DNA of 54,635 nucleotides from the NCBI GenBank assembly GCA_965178125.1, contig OZ237764.1, positions 806,001 through 860,635 on the forward strand, written 5' to 3'. This DNA comes from Bilabrum cf. latius. Lineage: Eukaryota. Of this stretch, positions 35,991 to 47,138 are shown in pieces; the stretch's first letter is position 1, and each line of letters starts with the position of its first letter. The notes under the pieces are model-generated. The model saw only the letters and a list, made by a program, of their open reading frames with translations, was not told the DNA's origin and ran no database searches. The position numbers and the translations under genes are program-made.

Positions 35991-36907
35991 TATCAGGGGG
36001 TCAACTTATACTTAGGGTCGGCCATTTTCGGCTTTTACGCTAGCGCGGTTCAGGGAACAAGACCCATATATTCTGATTGGGCATGCTTTAAAACCTAGGT
36101 TACAACTCCGAGTCGGGTCATAACTCTCCGCGGCGCCGCGGTTCCGCAGGGTTAGTGAAATCCGTCAGGGCCGTGTGCCGCCATGGGGTGGATCCGGAGT
36201 CGATATGTATAGACACCATTGTGTGCCCCGCGATGTGTACATACGATTCGACACTTGAAACGCAGCGATTGCATGTGTTCCGGCCGAGATATGGAGGACA
36301 TCCGACTTTTTTGCGCAGGTCGGATCTCCAAAATCAGTCGGAGATCCGACCTATGCGTTCGGGCGTGTCCAGGTCTACAGATGAGCGTTTGATGTTTGGT
36401 TTTCGATACAGAAGATGTATCGGGGTCCATGCCACCCGAGGAACACACACCAGGTGGTGTCAGGTACCGCGGCGCCGCGGTTCCGCAGGGTCAGTGAAAT
36501 CCGTCAGGGCCGTGTGCCGCCATGGGGTGGATCCGGAGTCGATATGTATAGACACCATTGTGTGCCCCGCGATGTGTACATACGATTCGACACTTGAAAC
36601 GCAGCGATTGCAGGTGTTCCGGCCGAGATATGGAGGACATCCGACTTTTTTGCGCAGGTCGGATCTCCAAAATCAGTCGGAGATCCGACCTATGCGTTCG
36701 GGCGTGTCCAGGTCTACAGATGAGCGTTTGATGTTTGGTTTTCGATGCAGAAGATGTATCGGGGTCCATGCCACCCGAGGAACACACACCAGGTGGTGTC
36801 AGGTACCGCGGCGCCGCGGTTCCGCAGGGTCAGTGAAATCCGTCAGGGCCGTGTGCCTCCATGGGGTGGATCCGGAGTCGATATGTATAGACACCATTGT
36901 GTGCCCC
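35991..36907. mobile_element. Telomere-embedded element family B (truncated): TATCAGGGGG terminus plus 339-bp tandem repeats
   Basis: Units start at 36128, 36467 and 36806 (partial, cut by telomere repeats). Mobility is inferred. Confidence 0.6.
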
Positions 36908-38118
36908 TAGGGGGGGTTTAGGGTTAGGGGTTAGGGTTAGGGTTAGGGTTAGGGTTAGGGTTAGGGTTAGGGTTAGGGTTAGGGTTAGGGTTAGGGTTAG
37001 GGTTAGGGTTAGGGTTAGGGTTAGGGTTAGGGTTAGGGTTAGGGTTAGGGTTAGGGTTAGGGTTAGGGTTAGGGTTAGGGTTAGGGTTAGGGTTAGGGTT
37101 AGGGTTAGGGTTAGGGTTAGGGTTAGGGTTAGGGTTAGGGTTAGGGTTAGGGTTAGGGTTAGGGTTAGGGTTAGGGTTAGGGTTAGGGTTAGGGTTAGGG
37201 TTAGGGTTAGGGTTAGGGTTAGGGTTAGGGTTAGGGTTAGGGTTAGGGTTAGGGTTAGGGTTAGGGTTAGGGTTAGGGTTAGGGTTAGGGTTAGGGTTAG
37301 GGTTAGGGTTAGGGTTAGGGTTAGGGTTAGGGTTAGGGTTAGGGTTAGGGTTAGGGTTAGGGTTAGGGTTAGGGTTAGGGTTAGGGTTAGGGTTAGGGTT
37401 AGGGTTAGGGTTAGGGTTAGGGTTAGGGTTAGGGTTAGGGTTAGGGTTAGGGTTAGGGTTAGGGTTAGGGTTAGGGTTAGGGTTAGGGTTAGGGTTAGGG
37501 TTAGGGTTAGGGTTAGGGTTAGGGTTAGGGTTAGGGTTAGGGTTAGGGTTAGGGTTAGGGTTAGGGTTAGGGTTAGGGTTAGGGTTAGGGTTAGGGTTAG
37601 GGTTAGGGTTAGGGTTAGGGTTAGGGTTAGGGTTAGGGTTAGGGTTAGGGTTAGGGTTAGGGTTAGGGTTAGGGTTAGGGTTAGGGTTAGGGTTAGGGTT
37701 AGGGTTAGGGTTAGGGTTAGGGTTAGGGTTAGGGTTAGGGTTAGGGTTAGGGTTAGGGTTAGGGTTAGGGTTAGGGTTAGGGTTAGGGTTAGGGTTAGGG
37801 TTAGGGTTAGGGTTAGGGTTAGGGTTAGGGTTAGGGTTAGGGTTAGGGTTAGGGTTAGGGTTAGGGTTAGGGTTAGGGTTAGGGTTAGGGTTAGGGTTAG
37901 GGTTAGGGTTAGGGTTAGGGTTAGGGTTAGGGTTAGGGTTAGGGTTAGGGTTAGGGTTAGGGTTAGGGTTAGGGTTAGGGTTAGGGTTAGGGTTAGGGTT
38001 AGGGTTAGGGTTAGGGTTAGGGTTAGGGTTAGGGTTAGGGTTAGGGTTAGGGTTAGGGTTAGGGTTAGGGTTAGGGTTAGGGTTAGGGTTAGGGTTAGGG
38101 TTAGGGTTAGGGTTAGGG
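36908..38118 (+). repeat. Internal telomeric tract 3, ~1.2 kb TTAGGG
   Basis: Seen directly; the first units are irregular (TAGGGGGGG, TTTAGGG, TTAGGGG). Confidence 0.98.
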
Positions 38119-38180
38119 TATCTAATATAAAGTCAGGGACAGGGTCGGGGAAAAAATATTTTCATCTTCATTTTTTTGTC

Positions 38181-39052
38181 GAAAATGTGCCCTCTGCGAT
38201 CTCAGCAACTAGAATAGGTATGAAGATGATTCAAACTGTTTTGGGATGGCCTAGGGCCATATCATGGGGCAAATGTTCCCCAGGTTCCGTTTTGACCGCG
38301 CGGCGACGATACTGGCTGATGAAGATTTACATGCCGAAAATGTGCCCTCTGCGATCTCAGCAACTAGAATAGGTATGAAGATGATTCAAACTGTTTTGGG
38401 ATGGCCTAGGGCCATATCATGGGGCAAATGTTCCCCAGGTTCCGTTTTGACCGTGCGGCGACGATACTGGCTGATGAAGATTTACATGCCGAAAATGTGC
38501 CCTCTGCGATCTCAGCAACTAGAATAGGTATGAAGATGATTCAAACTGTTTTGGGACGGCCTAGGGCCATATCATGGGGCAAATGTTCCCCAGGTTCCGT
38601 TTTGACCGCGCGGCGACGATACTGGCTGATGAAGATTTACATGCCGAAAATGTGCCCTCTGCGATCTCAGCAACTAGAATAGGTATGAAGATGATTCAAA
38701 CTGTTTTGGGACGGCCTAGGGCCATATCATGGGGCAAATGTTCCCCAGGTTCCGTTTTGACCGCGCGGCGACGATACTGGCTGATGAAGATTTACATGCC
38801 GAAAATGTGCCCTCTGCGATCTCAGCAACTAGAATAGGTATGAAGATGATTCAAACTGTTTTGGGATGGCCTAGGGCCATATCATGGGGCAAATGTTCCC
38901 CAGGTTCCGTTTTGACCGCGCGGCGACGATACTGGCTGATGAAGATTTACATGCCGAAAATGTGCCCTCTGCGATCTCAGCAACTAGAATAGGTATGAAG
39001 ATGATTCAAACTGTTTTGGGACGGCCTAGGGCCATATCATGGGGCAAATGTT
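38181..39052. repeat. 155-bp tandem array of element C1, ~5.6 copies
   Basis: Unit gaaaatgtgccctctgcg at 38181, 38336, 38491, 38646, 38801 and 38956. Confidence 0.95.
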
Positions 39053-39418
39053 TGCCAGGGTTTGTTTACATCATGCAGCGGAAGTATGGAGTTTTCAAAC
39101 TCACCCGGTGGGGGTTTGCAAACCTACCCAAGGGGGTCTACAAACCTACACTGCTTGGTTCGAGAAGCTAGCGGTTATTGACCGATGTTAGATGCCATGG
39201 CTCGTTCTACCTAGCTATTTGTATGCGTTAAACCCACTTTGCTAGATACATTGCTTTGATATCAGGCTTCCATTGGGTGATGGTCAAGACTAAACAGAAT
39301 GCCTCCTGGCTCGTACAAATGCGTCCTAAATTGGATCACTGGCAGGCACTTTGGCAAACTCCTCTCACAAGCTGGCCCAGCTGCCACTGACCGCAATTGC
39401 CATCCGATTGGCTGCTTT

Positions 39419-40951
39419 TCACTCGTCATCGGAGGAGGGTTCCGCACCGACAGCTGCCAGGAGCGCCTCCACAGCGTCCACGTCTGCCGCATTGAGATCT
39501 CCTTCCGCCGTCTTCTCGAGGGCCGTCATCAGGTCTGCGAGCATGCCCAATCCGTGGTCCCTCTCTTGAATTGTTTCCTGCACGTCCTCGACCATGTCGT
39601 CGAGAGTCCGGCTGACGCCCAGCGCGGTGTCATCGCAGGCAGTGAGGATGCGGTCCACCAGGTGCCGCTGCTAGTCGGTGAAGCCGTTGTCCTCCACTCC
39701 ACCGTCGTTCTCAGAGTCGTCTTGCTGGTTCTGGGCCTCGTTCTCTTCTTCCTCATCCAGCTCGTCCCCATCCTCCTCGTCCTGCTGCACGAGCCCTATC
39801 GGAGCCTCATCCTCGTCCTGCTCTTCGGCTGCGTCTACGTGGTACCGACCACCGATGTCCTCTTCATCTTCCTCAGAGTCCTGTCGAGGCAGTGATGCTG
39901 CTGCTCCACTCCTTGCGCCACTTGCTCCCCTCTTCTCCTGTTCAACGGCGTGGCGAGCTCCTCCGCCATAGGCCGGTTGGAGAACGGGCGATCGCTTGGG
40001 TTGCATCTTAGCCGGAGGCGCGGCTTCAGCGTGCCTGCCCTATGGCTCTGCTGATCGGGCACCCTTGTTCTTCGCCTTGCCCTTCGACTTGCTCTTCGAC
40101 TTGCCCGCGGCCTTGGTCCTGGCCTTAAGTTTGGCCTTTGCCTTTTCCTTTCTCTCGGCCTCCGCCACTCGCTTGGCTCTGAGAAGATCGTGGAGTGCTT
40201 GCTCGGTCTATGAGTCGCTGGACTCTGAGTCGTCCAGATCCATCCCGCCTTGCTCCCTCCGGGCCGTGGTGGCGCTGTGCTCCGCGACATCCTCGTCGTC
40301 GTCGTCGTCGTCGTCGTCCATGGCACTCCGCTTGCCCTTTCGCGTACGGGGTGCACTACTAGGTGCGGCAGCAGCGGCTCCCGAAGAACCACCTTGATCT
40401 CCTGCTGAATCCTCGGCAGAGTCGTCAGCCGGCAACTCGAATACGTCCTGGAAGACAGCCTGCATGCCTCCGCGACCACGCACAGAGGCCTTCCCAGCTC
40501 CGTAGTCGCAGATGAACTTGATCGCTTCGTTGTAGGTGTTCTTCCTCAGGCCTTTCATGCCTGCCTTGAACCACTGGTTCTTGGTCACCGAGTAGTCGCA
40601 CTCGCGCAGGCCCATGAGCAGCTGCTTCATCCTCCGAAAGCCTGGCGAGCTGGAGCCGCTGGTTGATGCAGCCGGGTACAGGCGACGGTTCAGCGACTCG
40701 AGCACGCCAGACGGCAGCTTGGACTCATCCAGCGCCAGGATGGCATCCACACAGGCCTTGATGCCCGCCTTCTTGGTCCCTTCGTAGTGCTCCGTAGACC
40801 CGCAGAGCAGCCCACAGTCTTGGTGGAGGCCCACGAGGGAGATCAGCAGGACCTGCTTGGCCGCGGACGTGGCGACGCCTGAAGCCAGGGCGGCCACGAC
40901 AGGGCGAGACTTGCTGGTGTGCTTGACGCTGTAGCTCTTTGCGGCGGCCAT
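39419..40951 (-). CDS. Element C ORF-A, copy 1: ~510-aa protein of unknown function with Lys-rich and acidic tracts
   Basis: Same-frame pieces joined at TAG (40208, 40040, 39671); stop is TGA. The frame is preserved in the diverged paralogue at 49846-51381. An alternative upstream ATG lies at 41113. Confidence 0.75.
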
Positions 40952-41181
40952 GGTACTCTGCGGTGACAGGGGAACACGGGTGAGGTCACGAACAGGCGCT
41001 TGGATGCGGCAGGGAACACGGACATGAGACCCAGGGATATTCCAGGGCAAGCTCGAGGGGCAAAAAAAAAAAGGACACAACCCCGCCCACTCGGTCTCAG
41101 ACCCGGGACCCATGATGTTGGGTCGGTTCTCCAGTCGTGGGGGCCCGGGCCCCAGCCCAGAAAAAAATAAAAATAAAAAAG

Positions 41182-41261
41182 TGCCCCAACGGGAATCGAA
41201 CCTCGGGTGTAGGCCGGGGTGCGATTACCAACCGTACGCAATACCACTACACCACCACAGC
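41182..41261 (-). ncRNA. tRNA-like / Pol III cassette (A box, B box, oligo-T), copy 1
   Basis: Minus strand reads GCTGTGG TGGTGTAGTGG TATTGCG TACGG TTGGTAA TCGCA...GGTTCGATTCC CGTTGGGGCA, then T-runs. The boxes fit the consensus but the stems pair poorly. Confidence 0.55.
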
Positions 41262-41835
41262 AACCCACGCGAAACCGAAAAAAAAATACAGATTCGCATC
41301 AAAAGTGCACGCAACTTGCACTTGTCACGCCGAAACCTACCCGTTCACCCAACGAGCAGCGCGAAATCAGAAACACTCATATTGCGCTCCTTGTATTCAA
41401 TTGCAGAGGCGCATACTTGGCATATAGCTACTATAGCATATTGTGCATACAACCCTAAAGCAAACGTGAGTCAAATCGATGGGGTATGCGTGGGGATTGC
41501 CTTGCGCAATGCGCTTGCTGCAACGTGGTTCAGACGTTTGGCTCAATTGCGCGACGGCAAGCACTCGTTGGAACTAATCTCGCGCATATTATCAAATAAT
41601 ATAACATACTGCAAACAATTGCGCGGCGATATATAGGCTGCGCGCCCAATGCTCACTTTGCTTGCGGCAGGTGTGCTGCGACAACATTTGTGGTGGCCCG
41701 GATCAGGTTGCGGAACCTGATGCGCGGCACCGCCGTGACGAGTGCGCCACCAGGGAACAACGCATCGTACCATCATACTAATCACATCCCAAGTATATTA
41801 TATATCCTTGTGGCATCTCTGTCCGCAGTCTGGTC

Positions 41836-42115
41836 ATGGCGCAGTCCACGTACGACGCCACCAAGCATGTGAAGGCTCTCGACTACCTTCGGGCCTTCCT
41901 GGACCGCCGCGCGAAGGGCTACGCTCAGAACCCGCATCGCGTGCGCATCGGAGTCCCAGGGCCACTTCAACCAGGAGGTGCCGCCCTGCCTGGCCCGCCG
42001 GCCGGCGAGGCGCAGGCCCAGATCCCGGCCCAGGTGGGGCCAGCGCCAGGCGGCCATGCCGCCGGGGGGGGCGATGCGGCAGGCCTGCCGGCCCCCGCCC
42101 CAGCCATCGGCGAGC
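41836..42115 (+). pseudogene. Element C ORF-B 5' fragment, truncated by telomere addition
   Basis: Matches 52263-52542 (offset 10427), then switches abruptly to TTTTTAGGGGG and TTAGGG repeats. Confidence 0.85.
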
Positions 42116-43447
42116 TTTTTAGGGGGTTTAGGGTTAGGGTTAGGGTTAGGGTTAGGGTTAGGGTTAGGGTTAGGGTTAGGGTTAGGGTTAGGGTTAGGGT
42201 TAGGGTTAGGGTTAGGGTTAGGGTTAGGGTTAGGGTTAGGGTTAGGGTTAGGGTTAGGGTTAGGGTTAGGGTTAGGGTTAGGGTTAGGGTTAGGGTTAGG
42301 GTTAGGGTTAGGGTTAGGGTTAGGGTTAGGGTTAGGGTTAGGGTTAGGGTTAGGGTTAGGGTTAGGGTTAGGGTTAGGGTTAGGGTTAGGGTTAGGGTTA
42401 GGGTTAGGGTTAGGGTTAGGGTTAGGGTTAGGGTTAGGGTTAGGGTTAGGGTTAGGGTTAGGGTTAGGGTTAGGGTTAGGGTTAGGGTTAGGGTTAGGGT
42501 TAGGGTTAGGGTTAGGGTTAGGGTTAGGGTTAGGGTTAGGGTTAGGGTTAGGGTTAGGGTTAGGGTTAGGGTTAGGGTTAGGGTTAGGGTTAGGGTTAGG
42601 GTTAGGGTTAGGGTTAGGGTTAGGGTTAGGGTTAGGGTTAGGGTTAGGGTTAGGGTTAGGGTTAGGGTTAGGGTTAGGGTTAGGGTTAGGGTTAGGGTTA
42701 GGGTTAGGGTTAGGGTTAGGGTTAGGGTTAGGGTTAGGGTTAGGGTTAGGGTTAGGGTTAGGGTTAGGGTTAGGGTTAGGGTTAGGGTTAGGGTTAGGGT
42801 TAGGGTTAGGGTTAGGGTTAGGGTTAGGGTTAGGGTTAGGGTTAGGGTTAGGGTTAGGGTTAGGGTTAGGGTTAGGGTTAGGGTTAGGGTTAGGGTTAGG
42901 GTTAGGGTTAGGGTTAGGGTTAGGGTTAGGGTTAGGGTTAGGGTTAGGGTTAGGGTTAGGGTTAGGGTTAGGGTTAGGGTTAGGGTTAGGGTTAGGGTTA
43001 GGGTTAGGGTTAGGGTTAGGGTTAGGGTTAGGGTTAGGGTTAGGGTTAGGGTTAGGGTTAGGGTTAGGGTTAGGGTTAGGGTTAGGGTTAGGGTTAGGGT
43101 TAGGGTTAGGGTTAGGGTTAGGGTTAGGGTTAGGGTTAGGGTTAGGGTTAGGGTTAGGGTTAGGGTTAGGGTTAGGGTTAGGGTTAGGGTTAGGGTTAGG
43201 GTTAGGGTTAGGGTTAGGGTTAGGGTTAGGGTTAGGGTTAGGGTTAGGGTTAGGGTTAGGGTTAGGGTTAGGGTTAGGGTTAGGGTTAGGGTTAGGGTTA
43301 GGGTTAGGGTTAGGGTTAGGGTTAGGGTTAGGGTTAGGGTTAGGGTTAGGGTTAGGGTTAGGGTTAGGGTTAGGGTTAGGGTTAGGGTTAGGGTTAGGGT
43401 TAGGGTTAGGGTTAGGGTTAGGGTTAGGGTTAGGGTTAGGGTTAGGG
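42116..43447 (+). repeat. Internal telomeric tract 4, ~1.33 kb TTAGGG
   Basis: Seen directly in the sequence. Confidence 0.98.
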
Positions 43448-43796
43448 TATCTAATATAAAGTCAGGGACAGGGTCGGGGAAAAAATATTTTCATCTTCAC
43501 TTTTTGTCAAAAATATGCAACATAGGATCTCGGTAACCACAGGAGATATGAAGACCGTTGAAACTGCATTGGGACGGCCTAGGTGCACAACATTGGCCAA
43601 ATGTTCCCCAGGTTCCGTTTCTGCCGCGCGGCGCCAATATGGGCCAATGAAGATTTGCATGCTGAAAATATGCAACATAGGATCTCGGCAACCACAGGAG
43701 ATATGAAGACCGTTGAAACTGCATTGGGACGGCCTAGGTGCACAACATTGGCCAAATGTTCCCCAGGTTCCGTTTCTGCCGCGCGGCGCCAATATG
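43448..43796. mobile_element. Element family C, copy 2 (349 bp: terminus plus ~1.9 units of a 155-bp repeat variant)
   Basis: Same ~55-nt terminus as C1 and C3; units at ~43510 and 43665; cut mid-unit by TTAGGGGG. Confidence 0.72.
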
Positions 43797-45376
43797 TTAG
43801 GGGGTTAGGGTTAGGGTTAGGGTTAGGGTTAGGGTTAGGGTTAGGGTTAGGGTTAGGGTTAGGGTTAGGGTTAGGGTTAGGGTTAGGGTTAGGGTTAGGG
43901 TTAGGGTTAGGGTTAGGGTTAGGGTTAGGGTTAGGGTTAGGGTTAGGGTTAGGGTTAGGGTTAGGGTTAGGGTTAGGGTTAGGGTTAGGGTTAGGGTTAG
44001 GGTTAGGGTTAGGGTTAGGGTTAGGGTTAGGGTTAGGGTTAGGGTTAGGGTTAGGGTTAGGGTTAGGGTTAGGGTTAGGGTTAGGGTTAGGGTTAGGGTT
44101 AGGGTTAGGGTTAGGGTTAGGGTTAGGGTTAGGGTTAGGGTTAGGGTTAGGGTTAGGGTTAGGGTTAGGGTTAGGGTTAGGGTTAGGGTTAGGGTTAGGG
44201 TTAGGGTTAGGGTTAGGGTTAGGGTTAGGGTTAGGGTTAGGGTTAGGGTTAGGGTTAGGGTTAGGGTTAGGGTTAGGGTTAGGGTTAGGGTTAGGGTTAG
44301 GGTTAGGGTTAGGGTTAGGGTTAGGGTTAGGGTTAGGGTTAGGGTTAGGGTTAGGGTTAGGGTTAGGGTTAGGGTTAGGGTTAGGGTTAGGGTTAGGGTT
44401 AGGGTTAGGGTTAGGGTTAGGGTTAGGGTTAGGGTTAGGGTTAGGGTTAGGGTTAGGGTTAGGGTTAGGGTTAGGGTTAGGGTTAGGGTTAGGGTTAGGG
44501 TTAGGGTTAGGGTTAGGGTTAGGGTTAGGGTTAGGGTTAGGGTTAGGGTTAGGGTTAGGGTTAGGGTTAGGGTTAGGGTTAGGGTTAGGGTTAGGGTTAG
44601 GGTTAGGGTTAGGGTTAGGGTTAGGGTTAGGGTTAGGGTTAGGGTTAGGGTTAGGGTTAGGGTTAGGGTTAGGGTTAGGGTTAGGGTTAGGGTTAGGGTT
44701 AGGGTTAGGGTTAGGGTTAGGGTTAGGGTTAGGGTTAGGGTTAGGGTTAGGGTTAGGGTTAGGGTTAGGGTTAGGGTTAGGGTTAGGGTTAGGGTTAGGG
44801 TTAGGGTTAGGGTTAGGGTTAGGGTTAGGGTTAGGGTTAGGGTTAGGGTTAGGGTTAGGGTTAGGGTTAGGGTTAGGGTTAGGGTTAGGGTTAGGGTTAG
44901 GGTTAGGGTTAGGGTTAGGGTTAGGGTTAGGGTTAGGGTTAGGGTTAGGGTTAGGGTTAGGGTTAGGGTTAGGGTTAGGGTTAGGGTTAGGGTTAGGGTT
45001 AGGGTTAGGGTTAGGGTTAGGGTTAGGGTTAGGGTTAGGGTTAGGGTTAGGGTTAGGGTTAGGGTTAGGGTTAGGGTTAGGGTTAGGGTTAGGGTTAGGG
45101 TTAGGGTTAGGGTTAGGGTTAGGGTTAGGGTTAGGGTTAGGGTTAGGGTTAGGGTTAGGGTTAGGGTTAGGGTTAGGGTTAGGGTTAGGGTTAGGGTTAG
45201 GGTTAGGGTTAGGGTTAGGGTTAGGGTTAGGGTTAGGGTTAGGGTTAGGGTTAGGGTTAGGGTTAGGGTTAGGGTTAGGGTTAGGGTTAGGGTTAGGGTT
45301 AGGGTTAGGGTTAGGGTTAGGGTTAGGGTTAGGGTTAGGGTTAGGGTTAGGGTTAGGGTTAGGGTTAGGGTTAGGG
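43797..45376 (+). repeat. Internal telomeric tract 5, ~1.58 kb TTAGGG
   Basis: Seen directly in the sequence. Confidence 0.98.
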
Positions 45377-45437
45377 TATCTATTATAAAGTCAGGGACAG
45401 GGTCGGGGAAAAATATTTTCATCTTCACTTTTTGACA

Positions 45438-47089
45438 AAATCCTGCGGGATACGATCTCGGCAACCACAGGAGATATGAAGACCGTTCAAATTGCGTTGG
45501 GACGGCCTAGGGCCACATCATTGGCCAAATGTTCCTCAGGTTCCGCTTTTGACGCGCGGCGCCAATATTGGGCCTTGAAGATTTTCATGCTGAAATCCTG
45601 CGGGATACGATCTCGGCAACCACAGGAGATATGAAGACCGTTCAAATTGCGTTGGGACGGCCTAGGGCCACAACATTGGCCAAATGTTCCTCAGGTTCCG
45701 CTTTTGACGCGCGGCGCCAATATTGGGCCTTGAAGATTTTCATGCTGAAATCCTGCGGGATACGATCTCGGCAACCACAGGAGATATGAAGACCGTTCAA
45801 ATTGCGTTGGGACGGCCTAGGGCCACATCATTGGCCAAATGTTCCTCAGGTTCCGCTTTTGACGCGCGGCGCCAATATTGGGCCTTGAAGATTTTCATGC
45901 TGAAATCCTGCGGGATACGATCTCGGCAACCACAGGAGATATGAAGACCGTTAAAATTGCATTGGGACGGCCTAGAGCCACATCATTGGCCAAATGTTCC
46001 TCAGGTTCCGCTTTTGACGCGCGGCGCCAATATTGGGCCTTGAAGATTTTCATGCTGAAATCCTGCGGGATACGATCTCGGCAACCACAGGAGATATGAA
46101 GACCGTTCAAATTGCGTTGGGACGGCCTAGGGCCACATCATTGGCCAAATGTTCCTCAGGTTCCGCTTTTGACGCGCGGCGCCAATATTGGGCCTTGAAG
46201 ATTTTCATGCTGAAATCCTGCGGGATACGATCTCGGCAACCACAGGAGATATGAAGACCGTTCAAATTGCGTTGGGACGGCCTAGAGCCACATCATTGGC
46301 CAAATGTTCCTCAGGTTCCGCTTTTGACGCGCGGCGCCAATATTGGGCCTTGAAGATTTTCATGCTGAAATCCTGCGGGATACGATCTCGGCAACCACAG
46401 GAGATATGAAGACCGTTCAAATTGCGTTGGGACGGCCTAGGGCCACATCATTGGCCAAATGTTCCTCAGGTTCCGCTTTTGACGCGCGGCGCCAATATTG
46501 GGCCTTGAAGATTTTCATGCTGAAATCCTGCGGGATACGATCTCGGCAACCACAGGAGATATGAAGACCGTTCAAATTGCGTTGGGACGGCCTAGAGCCA
46601 CATCATTGGCCAAATGTTCCTCAGGTTCCGCTTTTGACGCGCGGCGCCAATATTGGGCCTTGAAGATTTTCATGCTGAAATCCTGCGGGATACGATCTCG
46701 GCAACCACAGGAGATATGAAGACCGTTCAAATTGCGTTGGGACGGCCTAGGGCCACAACATTGGCCAAATGTTCCTCAGGTTCCGCTTTTGACGCGCAGC
46801 GCCAATATTGGGCCTTGAAGATTTTCATGCTGAAATCCTGCGGGATACGATCTCGGCAACCACAGGAGATATGAAGACCGTTAAAATTGCATTGGGACGG
46901 CCTAGGGCCACAACATTGGCCAAATGTTCCTCAGGTTCCGCTTTTGACGCACGGCGCCAATATTGGGCCTTGAAGATTTTCATGCTGAAATCCTGCGGGA
47001 TACGATCTCGGCAACCACAGGAGATATGAAGACCGTTCAAATTGCGTTGGGACGGCCTAGGGCCACAACATTGGCCAAATGTTCCTCAG
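45438..47089. repeat. 155-bp tandem array of element C3, ~10.6 copies
   Basis: Unit aaatcctgcgggatacg repeats every 155 nt from 45438 to 46988. Confidence 0.95.
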
Positions 47090-47138
47090 ATTCATTGTAC
47101 TTCATTCAGTGCAAGTATGGCGTATTGAAACCTACTCG

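Larger units (their letters stand above)
38119..42115. mobile_element. Telomere-embedded element family C, copy 1 (distally truncated)
   Basis: Starts TATCTAATATAAAGTCAGGGACAGGGTCGGGG and is colinear with 45377 onward. It is cut inside the + strand ORF and capped by telomere repeats. Confidence 0.72.

Noticed and set aside
34625-36910. Short repeated ORFs in the 331-bp and 339-bp units
   Set aside because: They recur only because the DNA is repeated; no coding signal or recognisable motif.
38314-38345. Hammerhead ribozyme core (CTGATGA...GAAA) in the C1 155-bp unit
   Set aside because: Stem II does not pair convincingly, the motif is not conserved in the C2 and C3 units, and it lies on the strand opposite the inferred element RNA. 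An Infernal scan would settle it.
41182-41261. Functional tRNA-Thr(GGT)
   Set aside because: Acceptor, D and T stems are mismatched; kept only as tRNA-like.
36897-45464. Long poly-VR, poly-GL and poly-LT ORFs
   Set aside because: They are translations of TTAGGG repeats, not genes.
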